Part shown: one piece after another, positions 34,974 to 46,700 of the stretch
How positions within the stretch are numbered: position 1 is the stretch's first letter
How the letters are laid out: each line of letters opens with the position of its first letter
NCBI GenBank assembly: GCA_000002435.2
Contig: CM018793.1
Reading direction: 5' to 3' (one strand)
DNA: 64,000 bases
Source: Giardia intestinalis
Taxonomy: Eukaryota
Position numbers and translations under genes: made by a program
The notes under the pieces: model-generated
Database searches by the model: none
What the model saw: the letters and a program-made list of their open reading frames with translations, nothing else
Told to the model about the DNA's origin: nothing

Positions 34974-36836
34974 TCACGCCTTCCCCCTGCACACGAACCA
35001 CCAGCAGAGGAAGCCCACGAGGCCCCCCACGACAGCGATGACAGCGACGGAGATCCCTGCTATGGCACCAGTACTGAGGCCGCTTCTGTTGCCCCCGCTG
35101 GGCTTGGTGGACACGCACGCCTCACCCTCCAGCCTGTAGTCGTCCCCGCACTGGCCGCACTTGTTCTCCTCGCTGCACCTGACGCACCCGTCGATATTGC
35201 AGGCGATGCACTTCGTTCCGTCTGTGTTCGGCCTCTGGTCTTTACTGGTACAGGCCTCGCACTTATCGCCTGCTCCACAGTGCGAGCATCCGTCAACGGT
35301 ACATGCGAAGCACCCGCTCCCAGCCAGGTTGGGCTTGTTGTTGTTGGTACACGCTGTACACACAGCAGCAGTCATACCAGTCTCAGACAGAGCTGTTGGG
35401 GCCGTGCATGCCGAACAGCCATCTACCCCCACATATGCCTTAGAGGTATCACCAGTGCCTACTAGTGTGCCAAGGGAGTTGCTACATGCCAATACAGACT
35501 GATTCTGATTGGTTGCCCCAGGGACTATGAAGTACCTATTGTTGGCATTAACAGCAGTACAGACACCGTTGGCTGCTGTCTTGCACATATGTTGTCCAGG
35601 TACTGTATCAACCTTGTAACAACCTCCCATATACAAGAAGTAGTTGTTAGTGCATTGTGTACATACACCTTGATCACATTGATTATTTGCTTTAGCACTA
35701 TTACACTTCCCATCTATAGGATACGTATTAGCTTCTCCACAGTATGAGCAATAATGATGCTCTACACCCTTATCATCAATCACTATTGCATCGCAGGCAC
35801 CAGAAGTTCCTCCACAGGCAGTATCATCTTCACAGATCTTGGTGCATGTGACAGAGCCAGTACTGCCCTCCTTGCGATAGTTAGGCTTACAGTCAGTGCA
35901 CTTGAAAGCACCGTTGTTAGAGCAGACACTGCAGCCTTCGCGACCCTTATCGTCTACGCTATCGCATGGGACGCACTTCTTCCCCTGTTGATCTGTAGTA
36001 GTTACTAAGAAGTATCCAGTCTTGCAGGTTTCACACTTATTTGGATCACCAGCAACAGAGCATGTGGCACAGTTATCACCACACTTGTCTGTACATGTAC
36101 TAGTACCACTATCAAAGAAGTATCCATCGAGACAGGCTGAGCAGGTTGGATTGTCACTTCCTGTTTTCGTACATGTCTTGCAGTTGGCCTTTCCTTCGTT
36201 ACCAAGAGTTGAATCTGTCACATCACTACAAAGAGCACACGTTTTGTCCTCCTTCATAAATAAGGCCTCGTCAGCGCCCTCGCATCCTTCAAGCGTCTTC
36301 GCCACGCAGGTCGATGTCCCGTCGAGGGCCGTCCTGGGGGTCTTATTGGTCCCGCAGTTAGTGCACTTCGGCTTCCCCGTGGCCTTGTCGAAGGAGCATG
36401 CCGTGCACTCTGCGTGTATCGTACTACATGCCTTGCATGTTCCCGACTCCGGGTCAGCATAAGTGTTTCCATCGCATCCAGTATCTTGTACACATTGATT
36501 ACTCTTCAGGTACTTCCCCTCTGGGCACGATGTACAATGATTCTGACCACTTCCATCGCAGGTCAGACAAGCGTCATTACATTTGGTACATGTCTGAGAG
36601 TTCTTGTAGTATCCATCTTGGCACTCTGTACACGTGGCAGGTCCTGGACTACTGTCTGACTTGGTACACTGTGCGCAGTTAGCCACCCCTGTATATCCAT
36701 CTGCCCCATTGACATCATGACAGAGGATGCACTCACTACCAGGCTTCTGAGGTGTAACTGGGTTCTTGAACAGGCCGTTATCTGCTTTACAAGCAGTGCA
36801 CAGTCCTCCCTCAGCCTTTGTGCATATCTCACTCCA
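34974..36836 (-). CDS. VSP unit B: short-type VSP-like cassette, ~620 codons, no ATG or signal peptide
   Basis: Ends ..[47 protein letters not shown]-rich with a GGCY motif. Near-identical to unit C, with ~7 aa differences. The frame is open upstream of the track's GTG 'start' to the spacer stops. Confidence 0.85.
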   Translation of the reverse strand, partial: WSEICTKAEGGLCTACKADNGLFKNPVTPQKPGSECILCHDVNGADGYTGVANCAQCTKSDSSPGPATCTECQDGYYKNSQTCTKCNDACLTCDGSGQNHCTSCPEGKYLKSNQCVQDTGCDGNTYADPESGTCKACSTIHAECTACSFDKATGKPKCTNCGTNKTPRTALDGTSTCVAKTLEGCEGADEALFMKEDKTCALCSDVTDSTLGNEGKANCKTCTKTGSDNPTCSACLDGYFFDSGTSTCTDKCGDNCATCSVAGDPNKCETCKTGYFLVTTTDQQGKKCVPCDSVDDKGREGCSVCSNNGAFKCTDCKPNYRKEGSTGSVTCTKICEDDTACGGTSGACDAIVIDDKGVEHHYCSYCGEANTYPIDGKCNSAKANNQCDQGVCTQCTNNYFLYMGGCYKVDTVPGQHMCKTAANGVCTAVNANNRYFIVPGATNQNQSVLACSNSLGTLVGTGDTSKAYVGVDGCSACTAPTALSETGMTAAVCTACTNNNKPNLAGSGCFACTVDGCSHCGAGDKCEACTSKDQRPNTDGTKCIACNIDGCVRCSEENKCGQCGDDYRLEGEACVSTKPSGGNRSGLSTGAIAGISVAVIAVVGGLVGFLCWWFVCRGKA

Positions 36837-36908
36837 CTATCATACTATCATCACACTATCACCCTCTATCACACACTATCACCCATTGTACAGCATTCAC
36901 TACCCAAG
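36837..36908 (-). repeat. Inter-cassette spacer B|C (expanded)
   Basis: Same family as A|B, with extra (G)TGATAG copies: ..caatgGGTGATAGTGTGTGATAGAGGGTGATAGTGTGATGATAGTATGATAGtggagtgag. Confidence 0.8.
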
Positions 36909-38771
36909 TCACGCCTTCCCCCTGCACACGAACCACCAGCAGAGGAAGCCCACGAGGCCCCCCACGACAGCGATGACAGCGACGGAGATCCCTGCTATGG
37001 CACCAGTACTGAGGCCGCTTCTGTTGCCCCCGCTGGGCTTGGTGGACACGCACGCCTCACCCTCCAGCCTGTAGTCGTCCCCACACTGGCCGCACTTGTT
37101 CTCCTCGCTGCACCTGACGCACCCGTCGATATTGCAGGCGATGCACTTCGTTCCGTCTGTGTTCGGCCTCTGGTCTTTACTGGTACAGGCCTCGCACTTA
37201 CCGCCTGCTCCACAGTGCGAGCATCCACTAACGGTACATGGGAAGCACCCGCTCCCAGCCAGGTTGGGCTTGTTGTTGTTGGTACACGCTGTACACACAG
37301 CAGCAGTCATACCAGTCTCAGATGGAGCTGCTGGGGCCGTACATGCCGAACAGCCATCTACCCCCACATATGCCTTAGAGGTATCACCAGTGCCTACTAG
37401 TGTGCCAAGGGAGTTGCTACATGCCAATACAGACTGATTCTGATTGGTTGCCCCAGGGACTATGAAGTACCTATTGTTGGCATTAACAGCAGTACAGACA
37501 CCGTTGGCTGCTGTCTTGCACATATGTTGTCCAGGTACTGTATCAACCTTGTAACAACCTCCCATATACAAGAAGTAGTTGTTAGTGCATTGTGTACATA
37601 CACCTTGATCACATTGATTATTTGCTTTAGCACTATTACACTTCCCATCTATAGGATACGTATTAGCTTCTCCACAGTATGAGCAATAATGATGCTCTAC
37701 ACCCTTATCATCAATCACTATTGCATCGCAGGCACCAGAAGTTCCTCCACAGGCAGTATCATCTTCACAGATCTTGGTGCATGTGACAGAGCCAGTACTG
37801 CCCTCCTTGCGATAGTTAGGCTTACAGTCAGTGCACTTGAAAGCACCGTTGTTAGAGCAGACACTGCAGCCTTCGCGACCCTTATCGTCTACGCTATCGC
37901 ATGGGACGCACTTCTTCCCCTGTTGATCTGTAGTAGTTACTAAGAAGTATCCAGTCTTGCAGGTTTCACACTTATTTGGATCACCAGCAACAGAGCATGT
38001 GGCACAGTTATCACCACACTTGTCTGTACATGTACTAGTACCACTATCAAAGAAGTATCCATCGAGACAGGCTGAGCAGGTTGGATTGTCACTTCCTGTT
38101 TTCGTACATGTCTTGCAGTTGGCCTTTCCTTCGTTACCAAGAGTTGAATCTGTCACATCACTACAAAGAGCACACGTTTTGTCCTCCTTCATAAATAAGG
38201 CCTCGTCAGCGCCCTCGCATCCTTCAAGCGTCTTCGCCACGCAGGTCGATGTCCCGTCGAGGGCCGTCCTGGGGGTCTTATTGGTCCCGCAGTTAGTGCA
38301 CTTCGGCTTCCCCGTGGCCTTGTCGAAGGAGCATGCCGTGCACTCTGCGTGTATCGTACTACATGCCTTGCATGTTCCCGACTCCGGGTCAGCATAAGTG
38401 TTTCCATCGCATCCAGTATCTTGTACACATTGATTACTCTTCAGGTACTTCCCCTCTGGGCACGATGTACAATGATTCTGACCACTTCCATCGCAGGTCA
38501 GACAAGCTTCATTACATTTGACACATGTCTGAGAGTTCTTGTAGTATCCATCTTGGCACTCTGTACACGTGGCAGGTCCTGGACTACTGTCTGACTTGGT
38601 ACACTGTGCGCAGTTAGCCACCCCTGTATATCCATCTGCCCCATTGACATCATGACAGAGGATGCACTCACTACCAGGCTTCTGAGGTGTAACTGGGTTC
38701 TTGAACAGGCCGTTATCTGCTTTACAAGCAGTGCACAGTCCTCCCTCAGCCTTTGTGCATATCTCACTCCA
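36909..38771 (-). CDS. VSP unit C: short-type VSP-like cassette, tandem duplicate of B with a 1935-bp period
   Basis: Same architecture and CRGKA tail as B. Differs at a few codons (VKCNEAC vs TKCNDAC, APAAPSETG vs [27 protein letters not shown] vs [18 protein letters not shown]). No ATG after the last in-frame stop. Confidence 0.85.
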   Translation of the reverse strand, partial: WSEICTKAEGGLCTACKADNGLFKNPVTPQKPGSECILCHDVNGADGYTGVANCAQCTKSDSSPGPATCTECQDGYYKNSQTCVKCNEACLTCDGSGQNHCTSCPEGKYLKSNQCVQDTGCDGNTYADPESGTCKACSTIHAECTACSFDKATGKPKCTNCGTNKTPRTALDGTSTCVAKTLEGCEGADEALFMKEDKTCALCSDVTDSTLGNEGKANCKTCTKTGSDNPTCSACLDGYFFDSGTSTCTDKCGDNCATCSVAGDPNKCETCKTGYFLVTTTDQQGKKCVPCDSVDDKGREGCSVCSNNGAFKCTDCKPNYRKEGSTGSVTCTKICEDDTACGGTSGACDAIVIDDKGVEHHYCSYCGEANTYPIDGKCNSAKANNQCDQGVCTQCTNNYFLYMGGCYKVDTVPGQHMCKTAANGVCTAVNANNRYFIVPGATNQNQSVLACSNSLGTLVGTGDTSKAYVGVDGCSACTAPAAPSETGMTAAVCTACTNNNKPNLAGSGCFPCTVSGCSHCGAGGKCEACTSKDQRPNTDGTKCIACNIDGCVRCSEENKCGQCGDDYRLEGEACVSTKPSGGNRSGLSTGAIAGISVAVIAVVGGLVGFLCWWFVCRGKA

Positions 38772-38822
38772 CTATCATACTATCACCCTCTATCACACAT
38801 TGTACAGCATTCACTACCCAAG
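38772..38822 (-). repeat. Inter-cassette spacer C|D
   Basis: Same family: TGA cttgggtAGTGAATgctgtacaatgTGTGATAGagggTGATAGtaTGATAGtggagtgagat. Confidence 0.8.
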
Positions 38823-41800
38823 TCACGCCTTCCCCCTGCACACGAACCACCAGCAGAGGAAGCCCACGAGGCCCCCCACGACAGCGATGACAGCGACGGA
38901 GATCCCTGCTATGGCACCAGTACTGAGGCCGCTCTTGTTGACGCTTCCGCCGGTGTTGTCGCCAGTGCCGTCGCCCATCACGAAGCACATGAACGCACCG
39001 GTGGATGACACCGTGCACTGCCTGCACCCAGCGAGCCCCTCAGAGCACGGATTACACTTTGTCCCAGCACTCTGCGGTTTGTAATATCCAGTGCTGCATG
39101 TAGCACAGGCGTTAGCGTCGTTAGCAGCCGTGCATGTCTCGCAGCTAAGATGGCACCTTTTATTGGAACAATCGCCATTATCAGCCGTTAGACCACTGGC
39201 ACATTTTGTACATTTTCCTCCCTGCACTGTAGTACACACTTGCTTGCCAGGCTGTCTATCTGTCTGATAGCAACCGCCATCTTTGAGGAAGTAGTTATTT
39301 TCACATTGAGTGCATGCTCCATTACTCACCGTAGTGCAAAATCGTGTTCGCGTATTGGCCGCACAGTTGCCATCCAGTGGTGCCTGTTGAGTGTTCTTGC
39401 ACTTTGAGCAGTATGCAGTTCCTCCTATCTGAGCCCCACACTCTGCGCATCCATCGTTTGTAGAACTCACGCTGCACTGGTTCATGCACGTGCCCCCATT
39501 GGCAGGAGTATCAGCATCTGTATACTGAAGCATCCTCCCAGCAGGACAAGCCGTACACTTATCAGCGCCCTCACCCTTGCACTCTACGCACGCATCGTTG
39601 CACTTCTTGCACTTTCTGTCAGTGTCATTTCCGTAGTAGCCCTTGAGGGTCGTGCAGTCAGATACGCATTGACTGGTTGGGGTGAGGTAGTACTCAGACA
39701 GACACTTTGTACAGACCTCCTTATCGGCACCTTCACTGGTGCACTCCAAACAGTGCTCTGTGTTACAGTTACTGATTGGTTGGCATTCAGTCGATTCAGT
39801 ATTAGGTTGGAGTCCTTCGTTGCACTCGCACACTTGGCTATCCTGTCCGGTGGCCTTGGGGGTAGAGTTAGCAGGGCAACTAGCAACGCACGACTTTCTG
39901 TTGAGACCAAAGATGGTCTTCGTATCAGTCGTACACGTCTTACAAACCACTCCGTTGGCGCCTTTCTCACAAGTGGTGCAGTCAGTTGTTCCAGCCGACA
40001 CACATGTATTGCACTCCTTTGCTTCTTCATCAACGTAGTGGGTTGCCGGACAACCAGCTGTGTCAACGCACGTGCCGGTTGTGGACTCGCCATCCTTCTT
40101 CAGGTACTTCTTGGTCCCAGACGTTTTACACAGGCTGCACTTCTGTTGCTCCTTGGCCACGCACACAGCGCAATTATCATCTGCACACGCGGTGCACTTC
40201 TTCTCGGTAGCGTCGATGAAGAAGCCCTCCTCATTAGTACACGCCTCTGCGCTAACACAGCTGGGTGCATCGCCAGCTTTAAAGTAGAATCCATCAACAC
40301 ACTCCCCACATATATTGTCCACCACACAGCTCTTGCAATCACCCACAGAGCATGTCACACACCCACTACCACCCTTGTTGGGCTTCTTACCACTGTCACA
40401 GGCAGTACACACAGCGACAGTCATACCAGCTGTTGTTAGAGCTGTCGGGGCTGTGCACTGAGAGCAGCCATCTACTCCCACGTATGCCTTAGCGGTACCT
40501 TGAGGATCTACTAGTGTGCCTAGGGGGTTACTACATGCCAACACGGACTGCTGAGCATTGGTTGCTTCTGGGACTACGAAGTACTTATTATTCTCACTAA
40601 CAGCTGTACAGACACCGTTGGCTGCTGTCTTGCACATGGACTTACCCGGCTGAGTTGACACACTATAGCAGCCTCCCATGTACAAGAAGTATCCTGTAGT
40701 ACATGATGTACATGTATGATTGTTACAGTTATTCCCCTCTTTCTTTTCATTCCCAACACATAGTCCATTAATGGGGAACTCACTGTCCTTTCCACAGTAT
40801 GAACAGTAGTGATGCTCCTTCCCTGTGTTGTCGATCACTATTGCATCGCAGGCTCCAGAAGTACCACCACAAGCCGTGGGGTCTTCACAAGTCTTCTCAC
40901 ACGTGACCGCTCCTCCAGCCCCTACCTTCTTTTGGTAGTTCACCTTACAAGAGTCACAAGTAAACGAGCCAGAGAGGGTGCACGTTGCACAGCCGGGCAC
41001 TCCATCTGTCGGATCGTCGCATGGGACGCACTTCTTGGCCCCGTCATTCTTTAAGAAAAACCCTGGCTTGCACTTTTCACAGGTATCTATAGCGCCTCCT
41101 GGCCCGCACTTTCCGCAATCGCCAGCGCACGCAACGCATACGGCGGGGTTACCGTTCCCGCTGTCGTAGTAGCCATCGAGGCACGTCTTGCATTCTGGCT
41201 TAGCGCCGTTCTTGCTGCAGGTCCCGCAACCGGGGCTTCCCTTGTTATTATCTGTCTTGCTGCTATCGTTGCTACATAGTATGCATTCGGCATCTCCGTC
41301 GCTCAAGAAGTTCTCACCAGTTGCTCCGCTTTGAGTGCAGGTGCCGGCGTCTATACACGTAGTCGTCCCGTCGGCCTCTTCCTTGACTATCTTAGCTCCA
41401 TTACATGCCGTGCACTTTGGGCCCCCAGTTGCCGGGTTGTACTCACACGTGGTGCAATCAGTTATTGCAGACGCCTTGCAGGTCATTGTCACAGGGTCAG
41501 CATAAGTGTTTCCAGTGCATCCATCACTATTCACGCATGCATTATCCTTCAGGAACGTATTTCCCTTACAAGAGGTACAGTGGGTCGCCTCAGTCTCACA
41601 GGTGGCACAGTTCCCTTGGCACTTCTCACATGTCTGAGCGTTCTTATAGTATCCATCTCTGCAGGTATCACACGTGGCAGGTCCTGGACTACCACTTGGT
41701 GCCGTACATGTGGCGCAGTTAGCCACCCCTGTATATCCATCTGCCCCATTGACATCATGACAGAGGATGCACTCGCTACCCTTCTCTGGTGTTGCAGCCG

Positions 41801-41876
41801 GGTTCTTGAACAGGCCGTTATCTGCCTTACAAGCAGTGCACACTCCACTACTGGCCTTTGTGCATATCACACTCCA
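38823..41876 (-). CDS. VSP unit D: long-type VSP-like cassette, ~1017 codons, A-like, no ATG or signal peptide
   Basis: Begins ..WSVICTKASSGVCTACKADNGLFKNPAATPEKGSECILCHDVNGADGYTGVANCATCTAPSGSPGPATC. The track's 'M' is a GTG. The C-terminal ~590 aa appear identical to units A, F, K, N and the 3' part of I. CRGKA tail followed by TGA. Confidence 0.85.
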   Translation of the reverse strand, partial: WSVICTKASSGVCTACKADNGLFKNPAATPEKGSECILCHDVNGADGYTGVANCATCTAPSGSPGPATCDTCRDGYYKNAQTCEKCQGNCATCETEATHCTSCKGNTFLKDNACVNSDGCTGNTYADPVTMTCKASAITDCTTCEYNPATGGPKCTACNGAKIVKEEADGTTTCIDAGTCTQSGATGENFLSDGDAECILCSNDSSKTDNNKGSPGCGTCSKNGAKPECKTCLDGYYDSGNGNPAVCVACAGDCGKCGPGGAIDTCEKCKPGFFLKNDGAKKCVPCDDPTDGVPGCATCTLSGSFTCDSCKVNYQKKVGAGGAVTCEKTCEDPTACGGTSGACDAIVIDNTGKEHHYCSYCGKDSEFPINGLCVGNEKKEGNNCNNHTCTSCTTGYFLYMGGCYSVSTQPGKSMCKTAANGVCTAVSENNKYFVVPEATNAQQSVLACSNPLGTLVDPQGTAKAYVGVDGCSQCTAPTALTTAGMTVAVCTACDSGKKPNKGGSGCVTCSVGDCKSCVVDNICGECVDGFYFKAGDAPSCVSAEACTNEEGFFIDATEKKCTACADDNCAVCVAKEQQKCSLCKTSGTKKYLKKDGESTTGTCVDTAGCPATHYVDEEAKECNTCVSAGTTDCTTCEKGANGVVCKTCTTDTKTIFGLNRKSCVASCPANSTPKATGQDSQVCECNEGLQPNTESTECQPISNCNTEHCLECTSEGADKEVCTKCLSEYYLTPTSQCVSDCTTLKGYYGNDTDRKCKKCNDACVECKGEGADKCTACPAGRMLQYTDADTPANGGTCMNQCSVSSTNDGCAECGAQIGGTAYCSKCKNTQQAPLDGNCAANTRTRFCTTVSNGACTQCENNYFLKDGGCYQTDRQPGKQVCTTVQGGKCTKCASGLTADNGDCSNKRCHLSCETCTAANDANACATCSTGYYKPQSAGTKCNPCSEGLAGCRQCTVSSTGAFMCFVMGDGTGDNTGGSVNKSGLSTGAIAGISVAVIAVVGGLVGFLCWWFVCRGKA

Positions 41877-41939
41877 CTATCACCCTCTATCACCCATTAT
41901 CACACACTATCACACATTGTATAGCATTCACTACCTGAG
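41877..41939 (-). repeat. Inter-cassette spacer D|E
   Basis: TGA ctcaggtAGTGAATgctatacaatgTGTGATAGtgTGTGATAAtgggTGATAGagggTGATAGtggagtgtg. The last in-frame stop (TAG) is followed directly by W S V I C T K. Confidence 0.8.
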
Positions 41940-43691
41940 TCATGCCTTCCCTCTACATATGAACCACCAGCAGAGGAAGCCCACGAGGCCCCCCACGACA
42001 GCGATGACAGCCACGGAGATCCCTGCTATGGCACCAGTGCTGAGCCCGCTCCTGTTGGTGCTCATAGACACACACTTACCATTGTCTAGACTGTATCCAT
42101 CAACACACTCCCCACACACATCATCCACCACACAGCTCTTGCAGTCACTCACAGAGCACAGCACACACCCACTACCATCCCTGTTGGGCTTCTTACTACT
42201 GTCACAAGAGGTACACACAGCGACAGTCATACCAGCTGTTGTTAGAGCTGTTGGTGCTGTACACCGGGAGCAGCCATCCACCCCCACGTATGCCTTAGCA
42301 GTATTACCAGTACCTATTAGTGTGCCTAATGGGTTACCACATGCCAATACAGACTGATTCTGATTGGATGCTCCTGGTACTACGAAGTACTTATTACTTG
42401 CTGCTTCTGTGCATATCCCACTACTATCTGCTTTCGAGCACATGAAGCTACCAGGAGCCTTCTGAGTGCTATAACAACCTCCCATATAGAGGAAGTAGTT
42501 AGCAGCACATGATGTACATGTATGACTGTTACAGTTATTCCCGTTCTTTTGACTACTTTCAACACAGATGCCATCAATAGGGAACTTATTAGCCTCTCCA
42601 CAATAGGAACAGTAGTGCTTTGCATTGCCCTGATTATCAATCACTGTGGCATCACAAGAGCCAGCTGTCCCACCACAAGCAGTGGGGTCCTCGCAGGTCT
42701 TCTCTGTGCATGTATAGTTGTCTTGGTTTCCAGCGGGTTTTCTGTTAGGCTTGCACTTTGTGCACTTGAGGGATCCAGTACTGTTGTCACACTCGGCACA
42801 GCCCTCGATGCCATTATCGGTTTTGCTATCACAGGGGACACACTTTCCTGCTGGTTTTGCAACCTCAACGAGGAAGAACCCTGCCTTGCAGGTCAGGCAC
42901 TTATCCTCGGCAGTTTCAGCTGAGCATGTGGCACAGTTGTCGGCGCACTTGTCTGTACATGTCTTAGTATTTGTATTAAAGAAGTAGCCATCCAGACACT
43001 CTGAACAGACCGGTGGTTGTCCAGAAGCTTTAGCACATTTTTTACAGTTATCCTTTCCCTGATCGTTGCCAGACCCACTACTATCACTGCATAGATAACA
43101 GGCTGAGTCATCGTCTGCCTTGAAGTGATTCTCGTCTACGCAATCAGACGTAACAGTAACGCATGTCGTGGTGCCGTCGATGGCCGTCTTCACCTTCTTA
43201 TTGTTATTACAGGCGGTGCACTGGGGCTTACTGACGGTCGCATTGTACTCACACGTGGTGCAATCAGTTATTGCAGAATCCTTGCAGGTCATTGTCACAG
43301 GGTCAGCATAAGTGTTTCCAGTGCATCCATTATTATTCACGCATGACTTGTCAGTCTTCAGGTACTTCCCCTCTGGACACGATGTACACTGATTCGGACC
43401 ACTTCCATCGCAGGTCAGACAAGACTGATCACACTGCATACATACCAGAGAGTCCTTGTAGTATCCATCTTGGCAGGTATCACACGTGGCAGCCCCTGGA
43501 CTATTAGCTGGTGCCGTGCACTTGAGGCAATTAGCCACTCCCTTGTTCTCATTCGCTCCCGTGGCATCATGGCACAGGATGCACTCATTACCAGGGGTCA
43601 CTGTCGTAGCCTTGTTCTGGAATATGTACTGGTTATCTACCTTACAAGCAGTGCACACTCCATCACTGGCTGCTGTGCATATCACACTCCA
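41940..43691 (-). CDS. VSP unit E: short-type VSP-like cassette, ~583 codons, tail FICRGKA
   Basis: Begins ICTAASDGVCTACKVDNQYIFQNKATTVTPGNECILCHDATGANENKGVANC. Ends [29 protein letters not shown]...FICRGKA*. An AGTGAAT poly(A) signal follows 6 nt after the TGA. No in-frame ATG lies between the last spacer stop (TAG) and the coding start. Confidence 0.85.
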   Translation of the reverse strand, partial: WSVICTAASDGVCTACKVDNQYIFQNKATTVTPGNECILCHDATGANENKGVANCLKCTAPANSPGAATCDTCQDGYYKDSLVCMQCDQSCLTCDGSGPNQCTSCPEGKYLKTDKSCVNNNGCTGNTYADPVTMTCKDSAITDCTTCEYNATVSKPQCTACNNNKKVKTAIDGTTTCVTVTSDCVDENHFKADDDSACYLCSDSSGSGNDQGKDNCKKCAKASGQPPVCSECLDGYFFNTNTKTCTDKCADNCATCSAETAEDKCLTCKAGFFLVEVAKPAGKCVPCDSKTDNGIEGCAECDNSTGSLKCTKCKPNRKPAGNQDNYTCTEKTCEDPTACGGTAGSCDATVIDNQGNAKHYCSYCGEANKFPIDGICVESSQKNGNNCNSHTCTSCAANYFLYMGGCYSTQKAPGSFMCSKADSSGICTEAASNKYFVVPGASNQNQSVLACGNPLGTLIGTGNTAKAYVGVDGCSRCTAPTALTTAGMTVAVCTSCDSSKKPNRDGSGCVLCSVSDCKSCVVDDVCGECVDGYSLDNGKCVSMSTNRSGLSTGAIAGISVAVIAVVGGLVGFLCWWFICRGKA

Positions 43692-43752
43692 CTATCACAC
43701 ATTATCACACTATCACCTTCTATCACACATTGTACAGCATTCACTACCTAAG
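43692..43752 (-). repeat. Inter-cassette spacer E|F
   Basis: Same family; plus strand atcacactccactatcacacattatcacactatcaccttctatcacacattgtacagcattcactacctaagtca. Confidence 0.75.
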
Positions 43753-46700
43753 TCACGCCTTCCCTCTACACACGAACCACCAGCAGAGGAAGCCCACGAG
43801 GCCCCCCACGACAGCGATGACAGCCACGGAGATCCCTGCTATGGCACCAGTACTGAGGCCGCTCTTGTTGACGCTTCCGCCGGTGTTGTCGCCAGTGCCG
43901 TCGCCCATCACGAAGCACATGAACGCACCGGTGGATGACACCGTGCACTGCCTGCACCCAGCGAGCCCCTCAGAGCACGGATTACACTTTGTCCCAGCAC
44001 TCTGCGGTTTGTAATATCCAGTGCTGCATGTAGCACAGGCGTTAGCGTCGTTAGCAGCCGTGCATGTCTCGCAGCTAAGATGGCACCTTTTATTGGAACA
44101 ATCGCCATTATCAGCCGTTAGACCACTGGCACATTTTGTACATTTTCCTCCCTGCACTGTAGTACACACTTGCTTGCCAGGCTGTCTATCTGTCTGATAG
44201 CAACCGCCATCTTTGAGGAAGTAGTTATTTTCACATTGAGTGCATGCTCCATTACTCACCGTAGTGCAAAATCGTGTTCGCGTATTGGCCGCACAGTTGC
44301 CATCCAGTGGTGCCTGTTGAGTGTTCTTGCACTTTGAGCAGTATGCAGTTCCTCCTATCTGAGCCCCACACTCTGCGCATCCATCGTTTGTAGAACTCAC
44401 GCTGCACTGGTTCATGCACGTGCCCCCATTGGCAGGAGTATCAGCATCTGTATACTGAAGCATCCTCCCAGCAGGACAAGCCGTACACTTATCAGCGCCC
44501 TCACCCTTGCACTCTACGCACGCATCGTTGCACTTCTTGCACTTTCTGTCAGTGTCATTTCCGTAGTAGCCCTTGAGGGTCGTGCAGTCAGATACGCATT
44601 GACTGGTTGGGGTGAGGTAGTACTCAGACAGACACTTTGTACAGACCTCCTTATCGGCACCTTCACTGGTGCACTCCAAACAGTGCTCTGTGTTACAGTT
44701 ACTGATTGGTTGGCATTCAGTCGATTCAGTATTAGGTTGGAGTCCTTCGTTGCACTCGCACACTTGGCTATCCTGTCCGGTGGCCTTGGGGGTAGAGTTA
44801 GCAGGGCAACTAGCAACGCACGACTTTCTGTTGAGACCAAAGATGGTCTTCGTATCAGTCGTACACGTCTTACAAACCACTCCGTTGGCGCCTTTCTCAC
44901 AAGTGGTGCAGTCAGTTGTTCCAGCCGACACACATGTATTGCACTCCTTTGCTTCTTCATCAACGTAGTGGGTTGCCGGACAACCAGCTGTGTCAACGCA
45001 CGTGCCGGTTGTGGACTCGCCATCCTTCTTCAGGTACTTCTTGGTCCCAGACGTTTTACACAGGCTGCACTTCTGTTGCTCCTTGGCCACGCACACAGCG
45101 CAATTATCATCTGCACACGCGGTGCACTTCTTCTCGGTAGCGTCGATGAAGAAGCCCTCCTCATTAGTACACGCCTCTGCGCTAACACAGCTGGGTGCAT
45201 CGCCAGCTTTAAAGTAGAATCCATCAACACACTCCCCACATATATTGTCCACCACACAGCTCTTGCAATCACCCACAGAGCATGTCACACACCCACTACC
45301 ACCCTTGTTGGGCTTCTTACCACTGTCACAGGCAGTACACACAGCGACAGTCATACCAGCTGTTGTTAGAGCTGTCGGGGCTGTGCACTGAGAGCAGCCA
45401 TCTACTCCCACGTATGCCTTAGCGGTACCTTGAGGATCTACTAGTGTGCCTAGGGGGTTACTACATGCCAACACGGACTGCTGAGCATTGGATGCCCCTG
45501 GTACCAGGAAGTACTTATTATTCTCATTAACAGCGGTACAGACACCGTTGGCTGCTGTCTTGCACATATGTTGTCCAGGTGGACTCTGAGTGCTATAACA
45601 ACCACCCATATATAAGAAATATCCTGTAGTACAAGACTCACAGACATGGTTGTTACAAGTATTACTTTGAGCCTCACTAGCACAGAGACCATCTATAGGA
45701 TACTTACTGCTATCCCCACAGTATGAACAGTAGTGCTTTGTGGTGCCCTGATCATCTATTATCATGGCATCACAAGCACCAGAGGTACCCCCACAGGCAG
45801 TATCATCTTCACATACCTTTGTACATGTAACAGGACTGGTACCACTCTGCTTGCGATAGTTCACCTTACAGTCAGTACACTTGAAAGTACTGGCCTCCAT
45901 TGTGCATTGGGAGCACCCCTCGATGCCCCCATTGTTTGTGTCATCGCAGGCGAAGCATTCTCCAGGAGTGCTACTGACCTTCAGGAAGAACCCGGTCTTG
46001 CAGGTTTGGCATTTGGTCTTGTCAGCTTTTTCAGAACATGTGGCACAGTTAGCACCACAGGCCTCACACGTGGCGGCAGGGCCATTTCCTTCTTTGATAT
46101 ACCCTTCGAGGCATTCTATGCATTCTGGTTTCTGACTTTGCTGCTTAGTACATGTCTTGCAGCCGGCAATGCCTTTGTTCTTTTGTTCTGGATCCGACGC
46201 TGCGGGATCACTGCACAAACGACACACGTTGTCTTCGGTCATAAAGAGACCGTTATCAGCTCCTTGACACCCGGCGTAGTTCTTCGCCACGCAGGTCGAG
46301 GTTCCATCAAGGGTCGTCCTGGGGATCTTACTGTTATCACAAGCTGTGCACTTCGGCTTCTTGGTAGTCGAATCAACTTCACACTGGGTACATGCTTGAT
46401 CTATCGTGTTGCAGTCCCTACAAGTTCCCGACTCTGGGTCAGCATAAGTGTTTCCAGTGCACTCATTACTATTCACGCATGCATTATCCTTCAGGAACGT
46501 ATTTCCCTTACAAGAGGTACACTGGGTCGCCGACGTCTCACAGGTCAGGCAAGAGTCGTTGCACTTCTCACATGCGCCGTTACTATTTAGAAAGTATCCC
46601 TCTGTGCATGCAGTACACGTGGCAGCCCCCTTGTTACTGTCTGGCGCTGTGCATGTGGCGCAGCTCTCCACTCCCTTATATCCATTCGCTCCCGTGGCAT

